Shown here one piece after another: positions 19,312 to 28,559 of a stretch of 64,000 nt of DNA. Below the pieces are notes generated by a model. It saw only the letters and a program-made list of their open reading frames with translations. It had not been told where the DNA came from and did not search any database. The stretch is from the NCBI GenBank assembly GCA_964457085.1, contig CAYWDM010000006.1, forward strand, positions 4,302 to 68,301, in the 5' to 3' direction. The translations under genes were made by a program, and so were the position numbers. Source of the stretch: an uncultured Pseudomonadales bacterium. GTDB taxonomy: Bacteria > Patescibacteriota > Microgenomatia > UBA1400 > PJMF01. Every line of letters begins with the position of its first letter. Positions within the stretch are counted from its first letter, which is position 1.

Positions 19312-20712
19312 TTACTTACGACTGACCTGATAGCTATCGAGGTGCTTAATGAAAATTGCTGGAGGATCTTCTTGTAAAAATTGCTGAAATTCTTGATAAA
19401 TTGCCTTGCGTTCTTCTTGATCAATCGTTTGTCTGCCTTTTTCAAGTAAGCTGTCGATTCGAGTATTTTTGTAGCGTGTAAAGTTTGTAGGCTGACCTGA
19501 ATGCCAAAGAAAATATTGATCGGGATCACTGGGTGATTGATGGCCAATCAGCAACATCTGAAAGCTACTGGTATCTGGAAAATTTGAGATTTTCAAACTA
19601 ACCTTGATTTCTAAATTGGGACACAGTGCTTTATCAGTATCTTTATTGCTCTTGCAAGCCTCAACTGCTTGTCTACCCAGTTCCTCCCATTCTCGCTGGT
19701 ATTGTTCGGCTTCAGTCACAAAAAGTGTGGTTGTAGTTAGCTCAAGAGTTAATGGTGTTTGTGGAATACCATCGAGTAGTCTCTCGATTGCACGTGGGAC
19801 ATCTTTTCGATAGACCTTGCCACCATCTAAAAATGCCCAGGATTTTGAATCGATTGGGCCAACCGCTCTCGACACACTGTCAGGAATATCAATTGCGTAG
19901 GCTAAAGCTTGACGAACATTTTTTGGAAACAGCGGACTCTCAGTGTTGAAGAAAACTGCTAAATATCTATTTGTGGCAATTTCTCTGGTAACTTGAACTG
20001 ATTTCCAATCAACTAAGTCTCGAGGAGATGAAAGGTCAGGCAAGATGTCTATCTGACCTTTTTTGAGAGCTAGAATTGCCTCATTTTCTGTTAAATAGAA
20101 TCGATAAATAAATCTTTTGTTTGGCCCATCAACTGTCAACTCGGTAATTTTATTGCCAACTTGTACATAATCAACAATGTGATATTCGCCAATGCCTATC
20201 AGTGTGGGCCGAGTAAAAAACAACCAATACTTCTCCACCCCTTGTCTAAACAGTGGCTCAGAGACCACTCCCGGAAATGGTGAAAAAAGATCTGGTAATT
20301 TAAAAACAACGTCTCCTGGCGTATGTACAGTTTCGACATCGGAAAAATTATAATTGATATCCTGTGGCACTAAATCTTTACCATCCTGCCAGTTAATCTT
20401 CTTTTTTAATAAGAAACGATATCGTTTACCTTCATCTTCAACCACCCACCGCTCTGCCAATAACGGTTTAACTGATCCATCTGGTCCCACTTGGGTCAAA
20501 CCAACTGATAATTGCTCTTTAATACTCTGTGGCAACGAATTGAGGGTATACTCGCCAATAATGCCCACGTATTCTCTGGGTTTACTGACTAATACTCGTA
20601 GTAAAACGGGCACTAGGAACGCAAACAACACCACCGCAAATAGAAAGGATGTTAGAAACCACAGCCCATGCTTCTTGATGTAAGCCATCAAGTACCAATA
20701 GAACTTACGCAT
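19312..20712 (-). CDS. ABC transporter substrate-binding protein, family 5 (OppA/DppA-like)
   Basis: GL...PLLAERW....GKRYRF.L...WQDG, VRQALAYAID, WHS..NFTRY.N..ID.LLEKGR, FQ..L.EDPPAIF. Confidence 0.88.
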   Translation of the reverse strand: MRKFYWYLMAYIKKHGLWFLTSFLFAVVLFAFLVPVLLRVLVSKPREYVGIIGEYTLNSLPQSIKEQLSVGLTQVGPDGSVKPLLAERWVVEDEGKRYRFLLKKKINWQDGKDLVPQDINYNFSDVETVHTPGDVVFKLPDLFSPFPGVVSEPLFRQGVEKYWLFFTRPTLIGIGEYHIVDYVQVGNKITELTVDGPNKRFIYRFYLTENEAILALKKGQIDILPDLSSPRDLVDWKSVQVTREIATNRYLAVFFNTESPLFPKNVRQALAYAIDIPDSVSRAVGPIDSKSWAFLDGGKVYRKDVPRAIERLLDGIPQTPLTLELTTTTLFVTEAEQYQREWEELGRQAVEACKSNKDTDKALCPNLEIKVSLKISNFPDTSSFQMLLIGHQSPSDPDQYFLWHSGQPTNFTRYKNTRIDSLLEKGRQTIDQEERKAIYQEFQQFLQEDPPAIFIKHLDSYQVSRK

Positions 20713-20716
20713 GTTT

Positions 20717-20932
20717 TTAGATTGCTACTACTGCCAACGAGACACCTGCGAAAAGAATCATAGAGACGATAGTTACCATAAACACCATTTTCTCAACACC
20801 TCTTCTCGTATGATAAGTCTCACCACCACCGCCCCAGGCAGCACCAAAACCATTGCCTTGAGCCTGCAATAAAATCGAGGCCACAATAATAACTGCTAAG
20901 ATAATTTGACAAATAAGTAGAGCTGTTTGCAT
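20717..20932 (-). CDS. secG: preprotein translocase subunit SecG
   Basis: ILLQ..G.G.G..WGGG...Y.TRRGVEK between two TM helices. Confidence 0.92.
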   Translation of the reverse strand: MQTALLICQIILAVIIVASILLQAQGNGFGAAWGGGGETYHTRRGVEKMVFMVTIVSMILFAGVSLAVVAI

Positions 20933-20993
20933 ATCAACACTTTCTGATTATCCTTGACGAAACTGTGTTCGTCAAAACCAGTATTAGTCTATA

Positions 20994-22610
20994 TTACTTG
21001 GCGACCTCTGTAGCACGGTTCTCACGAACTACTGTGACTTTAACACTACCGGGCACCACTACTTTCTCTTGAATCTCATCTCTGATTTTGACCGCTAATA
21101 TAGCAACATCATCGTCTTTGGACTTTTCTGGCTCAAGTAGTACACGGACCTCTCGTCCTGCCTGAACTGCATAGGCTTCACGCACTTCTGGATATGAAGT
21201 AGCAATTTTCTCGAGACTCGATAATCTCTCAATGTATTCTTCAAGATTTTCATAGCGAGCACCAGGTCGAGCTCCAGAGATAGCATCAGCAATATACACT
21301 GCCATTTGCTCAGGACCTGAAAATGATTCATCCTCATGATGCTGGGCGATACAGTCAATAACTGGCTGAGGCATGCCAAACTTCTTGGCAATTTTGACAC
21401 CGAGAGCGATGTGATTGTCGTCCTGCTCTTCAGATACTTTACCAATATCATGTAGCAGACAACCAAGTTTAACTATATTAACGTTGATACCAAGTTCGTG
21501 AGCGAGTTTAGTGCCGATCTTGGTCTCTTCAATTGTATGAGTAATCATGTTTTGGCCGTAGGAAAAACGGTATTTAAAGCGACCCAACATCTGGATCAAG
21601 CCAGAAGGGATGTTATACACACCCACGGTGTGACAGAGATTTTTACCGGCTTCAAAGGTAAGTTTTTCGATTTCACCTTTAACCTTATCAACCACCTCTT
21701 CAATACGAGCGGGTTGAATACGACCATCTTTAATCAACCGTTCTAGTGAAACACGGGCGATTTCTCGGCGAACAGGATCAAAACAAGAAAGCTTAACCTC
21801 TGTTGGCGAGGCATCAAGATCGATATCAACTCCAGTGGCACGTTCAAATGAATGGATGTTGCGACCATTTTTACCAATGATTTTGCCTTTAATCTCTTCG
21901 CTTGGAATGTCGACAACTGAAACAGTGTACTCAGCAACGTGATCAGTAGCACCATGTTGCATGGCGTCCATTAAGATCTCGCGAACTTTATCATCTGCCT
22001 CTTGTTTGGTTTCTTCTTGAATTTGACGAATCATTTGTGCTGATTCAGAACGAATTTTTTTCTCGAGACCTTCAAGTAAAATTTGACGTGCTTCATTGCG
22101 GGTCAATCCTGAAACTCCTTCGAGTTTCTCCATGACCTGATTGCGTGCCTCTTCTACACCAAGCTTGAGTTTGTCGAGTTCAGCCTTTTCGCGCTGAACC
22201 TGATCCTCTTTACTAGAAATTTGACCTAAACGTTCATCTAATTTGTCAAGTTTTACCTCTAAGAAACGCTGCTGTTCACCAAGTTGTTGCTCGATTTGAC
22301 GTGCTTTGCGCTCTGCATCGGTGCGAATCATCAAGGCTTCATCCTTAGCCTCAACGATGATTTCTCGAGCTCTTGCTTGGGCTTCACGAGCTGCAACCTC
22401 AGCATCTTGTCTGATTTTCAACAGTTCAGCTGTTGGTTTAGCTGGCTGTTGTGGGACAACGACTACGGGTTTAACAACAATTGGTTGTGGTTTAACAGGT
22501 GTTTGACCAGGCTTAGCAATCACTGGCTTATGAGCAACTGGCTTTACTGACTGACTTTTTTGCTTGCCCTGTGCTGCAAATAGTCCTGATAAATTACTAA
22601 AAAATGACAT
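20994..22610 (-). CDS. rny: ribonuclease Y
   Basis: Coiled coil, KH domain (KGKIIGKNGRNI), RFSYGQN, HD motif LLHDIGK, ADAISGARPGAR, QAGREVRV; GGAGG SD. Confidence 0.96.
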   Translation of the reverse strand: MSFFSNLSGLFAAQGKQKSQSVKPVAHKPVIAKPGQTPVKPQPIVVKPVVVVPQQPAKPTAELLKIRQDAEVAAREAQARAREIIVEAKDEALMIRTDAERKARQIEQQLGEQQRFLEVKLDKLDERLGQISSKEDQVQREKAELDKLKLGVEEARNQVMEKLEGVSGLTRNEARQILLEGLEKKIRSESAQMIRQIQEETKQEADDKVREILMDAMQHGATDHVAEYTVSVVDIPSEEIKGKIIGKNGRNIHSFERATGVDIDLDASPTEVKLSCFDPVRREIARVSLERLIKDGRIQPARIEEVVDKVKGEIEKLTFEAGKNLCHTVGVYNIPSGLIQMLGRFKYRFSYGQNMITHTIEETKIGTKLAHELGINVNIVKLGCLLHDIGKVSEEQDDNHIALGVKIAKKFGMPQPVIDCIAQHHEDESFSGPEQMAVYIADAISGARPGARYENLEEYIERLSSLEKIATSYPEVREAYAVQAGREVRVLLEPEKSKDDDVAILAVKIRDEIQEKVVVPGSVKVTVVRENRATEVAK

Positions 22611-22633
22611 ACGTCCTCCAAATTATTTTTCTG

Positions 22634-22799
22634 TGGACGCTAATCGTGGAGATAATGCAAAATAGTGGCTGTTGCCACTTTGGAAACAGGTTACTTCAGA
22701 TACCCCTTAGGTGGTGATATGTGTATTGCCTGTGATTGCATGGGTTAATTACTAGAATTGTCCAATATTCTAAGATCTATCTCGACGTTGTAGCGTCAA
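22634..22799 (-). ncRNA. candidate 6S RNA (ssrS-like) in the rny leader
   Basis: The ends pair (GACGCUA/UAGCGUC, GAGAUA/UAUCUC), closing a ~162-nt rod with central bubble and apical stem; starts just after a consensus promoter. Confidence 0.5.
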
Positions 22800-22805
22800 T
22801 TGCTG

Positions 22806-22834
22806 ATTATACGTCAGACATTGCTCACAGTCAA
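22806..22834 (-). promoter_or_regulatory. sigma70 promoter upstream of the 6S-like RNA and rny
   Basis: TTGACT (22834-22829), N17, TATAAT (22811-22806). Confidence 0.75.
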
Positions 22835-22881
22835 TGATTTTTACAAGTAAGGTAAAGAGTAAAAAAGATTGATAGAAGAAC

Positions 22882-22921
22882 AAAAAAGCTGCTAATTTTA
22901 ATAAAAAAATCAGCAGCTTTT
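22882..22921 (-). terminator. probable intrinsic terminator after recA
   Basis: aaaagctgct...agcagctttt inverted repeat with a U-tract on the minus strand. Confidence 0.6.
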
Positions 22922-22957
22922 AAAATCTTTCGTACCTAAATTTAATTCAGACTCTGG

Positions 22958-24046
22958 CTAATGAACAGCATTTTTTGCGGCTTTGATGTCCTTAATATCC
23001 TCAGCTTCTTGAATTTTTTTCCAGATCTCACGTTCAATCTCTTTAATAATTTCTGGATTCTCAAGCAATTTCTCTTTGGTGGACTCTCTGCCTTGAGCCA
23101 ATACTTCACCTTTATATTTGTAGAAACTGCCACTCTTTTCGATAATGCCTTTTTCTGTACCAATATCTACTACATCACCGACTCGGGAAATACCATTGGC
23201 ATCCATGTCAAATTCTGCAATCTTAAATGGAGGAGCAACCTTATTTTTCTTGACTTTAACACGATGACGACTACCCACCACTTCATCTCCTTCTTGAATG
23301 TTGCCAATGCGACGGATATCAAGACGAAGTGTGGCATAAAACTTCAAAGCATTACCACCAGTAGTGGTTTCTGGACTTCCAAACATAACTCCCAACTTCA
23401 TACGCAGTTGGTTGGTGAAGATAATCAAGGTTTTGGTTTTACTGAGTGCGGCAGTAAGCTTACGCATAGCTTGTGACATTAATCGAGCCTGAGCACCCAT
23501 TTGTGAATCACCCATGTCGCCTTCAATCTCAGCCTTTGGAACTAATGCGGCCACTGAATCAACAACTACGATGTCTACGCCACCAGACCTAATCAGAGTC
23601 TCAGCTATCTCGAGTGCCTGTTCACCATAATCTGGTTGTGAAATCAACAAATTATCTAGGTTAACACCGATTTTTTGGGCACGAACTGGATCAAGTGCAT
23701 GTTCGACATCAATGATTGCTGCCACACCACCAGTGTGCTGGACCTCAGCGATAGCATGCAAACAAAGTGTAGTTTTACCAGATGCTTCAGGACCATATAT
23801 TTCAACGATTCTACCTCTGGGAAAACCACCAACACCAAGTGCCATATTAAGTGCCAATGAACCAGTGGAAACCACTGGAATCTTCGGCATATCTCGAAGT
23901 GACTCGCCCATACGCATGATTGAGCCTTTGCCGAATTGTTTCTCGATCTGCTGCATCGCAACAGATACAGCTTCATTGCGTGAATCTTGCATATCTCCAG
24001 AAGTGTTTTTGGATTCTTTTTCTGGTTTTGAACTAGTTTTAGGCAT
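22958..24046 (-). CDS. recA: recombinase RecA
   Basis: [55 protein letters not shown]. Confidence 0.99.
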   Translation of the reverse strand: MPKTSSKPEKESKNTSGDMQDSRNEAVSVAMQQIEKQFGKGSIMRMGESLRDMPKIPVVSTGSLALNMALGVGGFPRGRIVEIYGPEASGKTTLCLHAIAEVQHTGGVAAIIDVEHALDPVRAQKIGVNLDNLLISQPDYGEQALEIAETLIRSGGVDIVVVDSVAALVPKAEIEGDMGDSQMGAQARLMSQAMRKLTAALSKTKTLIIFTNQLRMKLGVMFGSPETTTGGNALKFYATLRLDIRRIGNIQEGDEVVGSRHRVKVKKNKVAPPFKIAEFDMDANGISRVGDVVDIGTEKGIIEKSGSFYKYKGEVLAQGRESTKEKLLENPEIIKEIEREIWKKIQEAEDIKDIKAAKNAVH

Positions 24047-24252
24047 ATTGTCTCCTTTTTTTGCAGTTGTGACTACTTTTTGTATACCCTCACCAAAATG
24101 AAAAGTAAACCCGAAGAAGGTGAAGGTGATGTTGCAACAATTGTCAATCTAGCAAATCTAACCGACAAATACCTAGCAAAATACTAAAATCAGGATACAA
24201 TTACGCTGTGGTTTTTGGTGTTTTGGATTGCCAAACCATCAGATAGAAACAC

Positions 24253-24326
24253 CGGGGAGTAGTTCAGATGGCTAGAACGCGCGCATGGGGTGCGCGAGGT
24301 CGCAGGTTCGAGTCCTGTCTCCCCGA
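24253..24326 (+). tRNA. tRNA-Pro (GGG)
   Basis: Acceptor CGGGGAG/CTCCCCG, anticodon arm cgcgc-AT GGG GT-gcgcg, T-loop TTCGAGT; CCA not encoded. Confidence 0.96.
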
Positions 24327-24335
24327 CAAATAAAG

Positions 24336-24358
24336 AAACGGCTTTTGCCGTTTTTTTT
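24336..24358 (+). terminator. intrinsic terminator after tRNA-Pro
   Basis: aaacggc-tttt-gccg followed by T8. Confidence 0.8.
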
Positions 24359-24491
24359 ATTTGCCGAGAGATAGTTTGATGAAAACCTCTTTGGTTCCGC
24401 CGGAGAGTACAGAGTACCCTCCTAGTGCCCAATCAAGCGAAATCAATTTGCAACAAAATCATGAGCGTGATGAGGCTAATCCTGTCTCCCC
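24359..24491 (+). repeat. tRNA-linked cassette P, ending in a copy of the tRNA-Pro 3' end
   Basis: tcctgtctcccc at 24313-24324 recurs at 24480-24491; internal motifs are shared with cassettes at both tRNA-Ser loci. Confidence 0.8.
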
Positions 24492-25024
24492 TATTTTCCC
24501 TCAAAGTAATAACGATCAATCTTCCAATCTCTGTAAAATTCAGCAGTGCATTTTCCATCATCTGCAGAAGTGAGGATTATTGAATCAACCTCAAGTTTTT
24601 GAGGAATAATTATTTCTTTTGAAAGCGTTTCTCTGGTATTAAATGGAAGGTCGTGTTTATATATCAAGCTAACGTGTGGTTTAAATACAAAAGACAAATG
24701 AAGCTTATTATCCATTAACTCATAAATTCTCTTTAATTCAGGATGTGGCATGACATTTATGAACAATGTTTTTGAATTTTTCTCTTCAAACCCAATTACA
24801 CTCAGCTCAACTGAAAAAGATTTTGTCGTAGTTACAATCTCTGAAACAATTTCCTGAACAACTGTATCTGGTAGTGTGGTCAACGCATAAAAAGTCAGGT
24901 GAGGTAAGAAAATGCTTCCATCTTGAAATCTCTCGCTGAGAGATTTGATGATATCTGAAATCATTGCTTCACTAGCCGGACTAAATGCAAATGACCAATC
25001 ACCAGAAATTATTTTTTGACTCAT
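24491..25024 (-). CDS. 2H phosphoesterase / cyclic phosphodiesterase
   Basis: Two HxT/S motifs: FLPHLTF and FKPHVSL. Confidence 0.85.
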   Translation of the reverse strand: MSQKIISGDWSFAFSPASEAMISDIIKSLSERFQDGSIFLPHLTFYALTTLPDTVVQEIVSEIVTTTKSFSVELSVIGFEEKNSKTLFINVMPHPELKRIYELMDNKLHLSFVFKPHVSLIYKHDLPFNTRETLSKEIIIPQKLEVDSIILTSADDGKCTAEFYRDWKIDRYYFEGK

Positions 25025-25034
25025 ACTCGACTCC

Positions 25035-25739
25035 TTATTGCTTCAACGTAAAAAACTCACTCGTCCATGTACTGTTATCCAGAAAATGTTTAAAAGTAGT
25101 CCCCTGCCAGGGCAGTAACTTAAATTGACTACGATGTGCCGATAACGCCAAGAATTTCAACCAAACCTGCCACCACCCCAATTTTAACTGAATCTGAGCT
25201 GCTAATGGCTGAATTATGGCCTTTTTTGCCATATGTCGAGCTGTTGGGAACCCATACCATGGGGCAACCGTTAAAAACCAAAGATTCTGAGGTTTTTTGA
25301 CACATGCGATAACTGCTTCAGTCAGTGCAATATGGTCTGGATGTCCATAGATTCCGTCTGGTTCAAGACAAAAAATATCTGTTGGCTGATATTCCGAAAG
25401 CTCATCTGCAACCATTTTCTTGAGTTTTGAAAGCCTCTTCTCCAAGCCACCGTCTGGAAAATTCCAGATTGACCATGACTTGACGCGCAGAATCTGCAGT
25501 GCTGTGATTAGCTCACGCTTCCGAACATCAGCCAGATCATCTGTTTCAACTAAACCATGTCGTAGGGTACTGCCTTCCCCAACTGTGCACGTCACCACTC
25601 TCAGCGATATCCCTCGATGTGTGCACCCAGAAATCAAACCACTTGCAAAAACTGCTTCATCATCTGGGTGAGGCATAATAACCAGCACTCGACTGCCAGT
25701 ACCAAGACCCAATTCAGAAACAGATCGAATAATCTCCAT
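25035..25739 (-). CDS. PIG-L/LmbE family deacetylase
   Basis: PHPDDE, GE..R..E...A...L, DG.L, YGHPDH, AH.SQ. Confidence 0.92.
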   Translation of the reverse strand: MEIIRSVSELGLGTGSRVLVIMPHPDDEAVFASGLISGCTHRGISLRVVTCTVGEGSTLRHGLVETDDLADVRKRELITALQILRVKSWSIWNFPDGGLEKRLSKLKKMVADELSEYQPTDIFCLEPDGIYGHPDHIALTEAVIACVKKPQNLWFLTVAPWYGFPTARHMAKKAIIQPLAAQIQLKLGWWQVWLKFLALSAHRSQFKLLPWQGTTFKHFLDNSTWTSEFFTLKQ

Positions 25740-25742
25740 AAT

Positions 25743-26123
25743 TTATTTCAGACCAATGAGTTGTACCAAATTGCCATCAAGATCATAAAAAGTAACAAAA
25801 TATTTATCAAAGGTTGGTGCTTTAAATGGTGCTGCTAGAAACTTCACTTTCTTAGCCAGTAAAAAATCATACGCTTCCTGTACCGAGTCAACATTGATGT
25901 TAAACATATGACGATGTGGGTCAGGATTTTGGCCATGAACTTCGGAATGTTGTCCAACCCAAAGCCAGGAATCACCTTCAGGAAATGCAAATAAAACACC
26001 GGTATCTTGAGGATGTGATATCTCTTCGACCACTTTTAAATCAAAGGTTTGTTGATACCAATTCGCCAAGCGACGAAAATCATCTGACCAAATAATTACA
26101 GTGGAGATTTTTTGGAACTGCAT
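25743..26123 (-). CDS. VOC/glyoxalase family protein
   Basis: WY...F.L, FNINVDSV, F.DLDGNLVQL. Confidence 0.85.
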   Translation of the reverse strand: MQFQKISTVIIWSDDFRRLANWYQQTFDLKVVEEISHPQDTGVLFAFPEGDSWLWVGQHSEVHGQNPDPHRHMFNINVDSVQEAYDFLLAKKVKFLAAPFKAPTFDKYFVTFYDLDGNLVQLIGLK

Positions 26124-26162
26124 ATATTTTTATAATACCATTGTAAAATCAATCCACTTGTT

Positions 26163-26873
26163 ATGAATATTGAAGAATTACTACATAAAATCTACTCTCA
26201 TAAAAAATTTGAGCATTACTTTCCAATTTCAATTAATTTTCATCAAGGAAGTTACCTAAGAAAACTCATCAACCAGCTCAAGCCAAAAACTATTATTGAA
26301 CTTGGTTGCGGACATGGTGTGAGCACTCTTTGGATTCAGAGTGCAAGTCATACTCCAAAGCAACATCACACCGTGGATCCAACAGTACAAAGCAAGCAAT
26401 TAGCTGGACATGCATATTTTAAGACAAACCATCAGATCATCACAAATCTAACATCGCAACAGTATTTGGCAATGCTCGATAAAAAGAAACACTCCGCAGA
26501 CTTTATATTTATGGATGCAGACGAAAGATTTGATGGCTGTATGACTGACTGTTATTTTGCATTTAGGGTACTTGAGCAGAATGGGCATTTGGTGATTCGC
26601 AATTTATGGAATCCATCAGTAAGAAACGTATGTAAGTTTTTAATTATGAATCTTCCTGTCCGACCAATTGGACTTCCTACTTGGTACACAAGGCTAATTG
26701 CACATTCCCCCGCACCAGTGCTGGGAACTTTGTTATATTTTTCAACTAAAATGTACAGTGCTGAGTTCTTAATACTCAAAAAAATTGCCACTGATCAGCG
26801 AAACTGGAATCATTTTATTAAGTTTTATCTAACCATATTCACAGTTTTTAATTTTGAGTTGCTCTATACTTAG
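26163..26873 (+). CDS. class I SAM-dependent methyltransferase (O-methyltransferase-like)
   Basis: IIELGCGHGVST, DFIFMDA, L..NGHLV. Confidence 0.8.
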   Translation: MNIEELLHKIYSHKKFEHYFPISINFHQGSYLRKLINQLKPKTIIELGCGHGVSTLWIQSASHTPKQHHTVDPTVQSKQLAGHAYFKTNHQIITNLTSQQYLAMLDKKKHSADFIFMDADERFDGCMTDCYFAFRVLEQNGHLVIRNLWNPSVRNVCKFLIMNLPVRPIGLPTWYTRLIAHSPAPVLGTLLYFSTKMYSAEFLILKKIATDQRNWNHFIKFYLTIFTVFNFELLYT

Positions 26874-26876
26874 GTT

Positions 26877-27353
26877 ATGCTCAAACCGTCACAATTGGCA
26901 CCACTCGATATCGAGGTTTTAGATGAGGCAGATCAGCCAATCACGCTAAGCTCCCAACTAGGCAACTGGGTTGTCGTCTATTTCTACCCTAAAGATGATA
27001 CTCCAGGCTGTACTGTTGAAGCCTGCAGTCTACGTGACAATCATGTTGTCTTAAAACGAATGGGTGTGAATGTTATTGGTATTAGTCGAGACAATAGCAA
27101 AAGTCATCAAAAATTCACCGAAAAATATCAGCTACAATTCTCGCTTTGGTCTGATCCTGAACACAAACTTCTTGAGGCATTTGGTGCCTGGGGTGAGAAA
27201 AAATTCATGGGAAAGTTATTTATGGGCATTAATCGTTCAACGTTCATCATTAACCCAGATGGCTTCATCGTAAAAACGTTTGAAAAAGTTACACCAAAAA
27301 ATCACGGGGGTGAAATTGTAGAATTCTTAAAAACCCAGATTGCAGAAGGTTAA
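26877..27353 (+). CDS. bcp: peroxiredoxin Bcp/PrxQ
   Basis: YFYPKDDTPGCTVEAC, RSTFIINPDG. Confidence 0.95.
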   Translation: MLKPSQLAPLDIEVLDEADQPITLSSQLGNWVVVYFYPKDDTPGCTVEACSLRDNHVVLKRMGVNVIGISRDNSKSHQKFTEKYQLQFSLWSDPEHKLLEAFGAWGEKKFMGKLFMGINRSTFIINPDGFIVKTFEKVTPKNHGGEIVEFLKTQIAEG

Positions 27354-28036
27354 TCAACATCGAGTGGCAAACGTTTTTCTAACCACTTTGCGACTTTTTC
27401 ATACTGGGTAAGTGGTGGTCGCTCAAACATTAGTACTTCAGACAAAATATCTTTGATCTGCTTCTTAGTGACGTCCCCGAGAACTAAGGAAATTCTGCCT
27501 GGGAAACGCATCGTTTCGATCACAACTTGCGGTTGGCCCATTTTATCCTCGAACCAAAATCTGCCAAATTCCTGCCAATAATACATCTCAGTATCAATCT
27601 TAATTCCATACGTGGTAATCAAGTGATTAATCTCAATTGGGGGTACCACTGATTGGACGTACACCAAAAAGACAGCCGAGATCACCACCGCAATTGGCAA
27701 ATACTGGCCAGCAAAAAATAGAATTAAGCTGATTAACAAGGCAATGATTAAAATTGTAGTGAAATATCGTTGATGTCTTTTCTTGAATGGACGGGTTAAT
27801 GCCCTCCACTCAATCACTTGCATCTCTGGAACAGGTCGATACATGCCTGGTGCAATTTTTGATTCCTGCAAGCTCGTATTTGGCATCACTGGTCTCAAAC
27901 CGGTTCGTTCGGTATCGACATCTCTAATTTGTTCTTCTAGGCCGCCAACTTGGTCGTCGCCAATTGGTCGAGTCTTCTTGAGATATTCAGTTGAAGTAAG
28001 GTTGACATTGTCTGCGTGAGTGGATTGCATTACCAT
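27350..28036 (-). CDS. hypothetical membrane protein (DUF5673-like, inferred)
   Basis: W.A..RPFKKR, two TM helices, GI.ID...Y.W..F..FW pattern. Confidence 0.7.
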   Translation of the reverse strand: MVMQSTHADNVNLTSTEYLKKTRPIGDDQVGGLEEQIRDVDTERTGLRPVMPNTSLQESKIAPGMYRPVPEMQVIEWRALTRPFKKRHQRYFTTILIIALLISLILFFAGQYLPIAVVISAVFLVYVQSVVPPIEINHLITTYGIKIDTEMYYWQEFGRFWFEDKMGQPQVVIETMRFPGRISLVLGDVTKKQIKDILSEVLMFERPPLTQYEKVAKWLEKRLPLDVD

Positions 28037-28156
28037 CTATCATACACAAAAAATGCTCCCGATCAAAGCCAAGCGATGATACAATATCCCTCGTTAACAA
28101 CTGAACAGTTTACAAACCGTCAGTGTCGACGATAATTAGCTCGTTTACATTGAAAT

Positions 28157-28241
28157 GGAAGGATCGCATAGCGGTTTATTGCACAGGTCTTGAAAACCTG
28201 CGGCCTCACGGCCATCGCGGGTTCGAATCCCGCTCCTTCCG
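28157..28241 (+). tRNA. tRNA-Ser (TGA)
   Basis: Acceptor GGAAGGA/TCCTTCC, anticodon arm caggt-CT TGA AA-acctg, long variable arm ggcc/ggcc, T-loop TTCGAAT. Confidence 0.96.
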
Positions 28242-28244
28242 CAT

Positions 28245-28542
28245 CAGTCAGCATCCTTGCTAGTAAGCAAGGATTGATGAATGACGTGGAGGTGTGGTGA
28301 ATGAGAAATCGCTGGGTTCGTGACGGAGAGTGCAAAGCACCCTCCTAATGCATGCGAGCAAAGCGAGTCGTAAATCCCGCTCCTTCCGCATTGTTCGAAA
28401 ATCTCGGCTTGCCGAGTATTTGCGGACAACATGAAGTGGGATGAGAAGCAAGGTGCCTCGCCAAGCGAAAACAAAATCAATTGTAATCATGAGCCTGGAA
28501 AGGTGAATCCCGCCTACTACATCGACTGAAATCTCGGCTTGC
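28245..28542 (+). repeat. two tandem tRNA-linked cassettes (S1, S2)
   Basis: aatcccgctccttccgcat at 28226-28244 and 28373-28391; degenerate aatcccgc at 28506-28513; aaatctcggcttgc follows both units. Confidence 0.85.
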
Positions 28543-28559
28543 TAAACTACTCCAATTCC

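Noticed and set aside
22961-24432. ORFs antisense to recA and over tRNA-Pro
   Set aside because: Overlap well-supported genes and show no protein motifs.
28120-28490. Short minus-strand ORFs over tRNA-Ser and its cassettes (similar ones at 58227-58545 and 61552-62023)
   Set aside because: Spurious translations of tRNA, repeat or riboswitch sequence.
28226-28542. CRISPR array interpretation of the tRNA-linked repeats
   Set aside because: Repeats are tRNA 3' ends with only 2-3 copies, the spacers are over 90 bp and related to each other, and there are no cas genes in the window.
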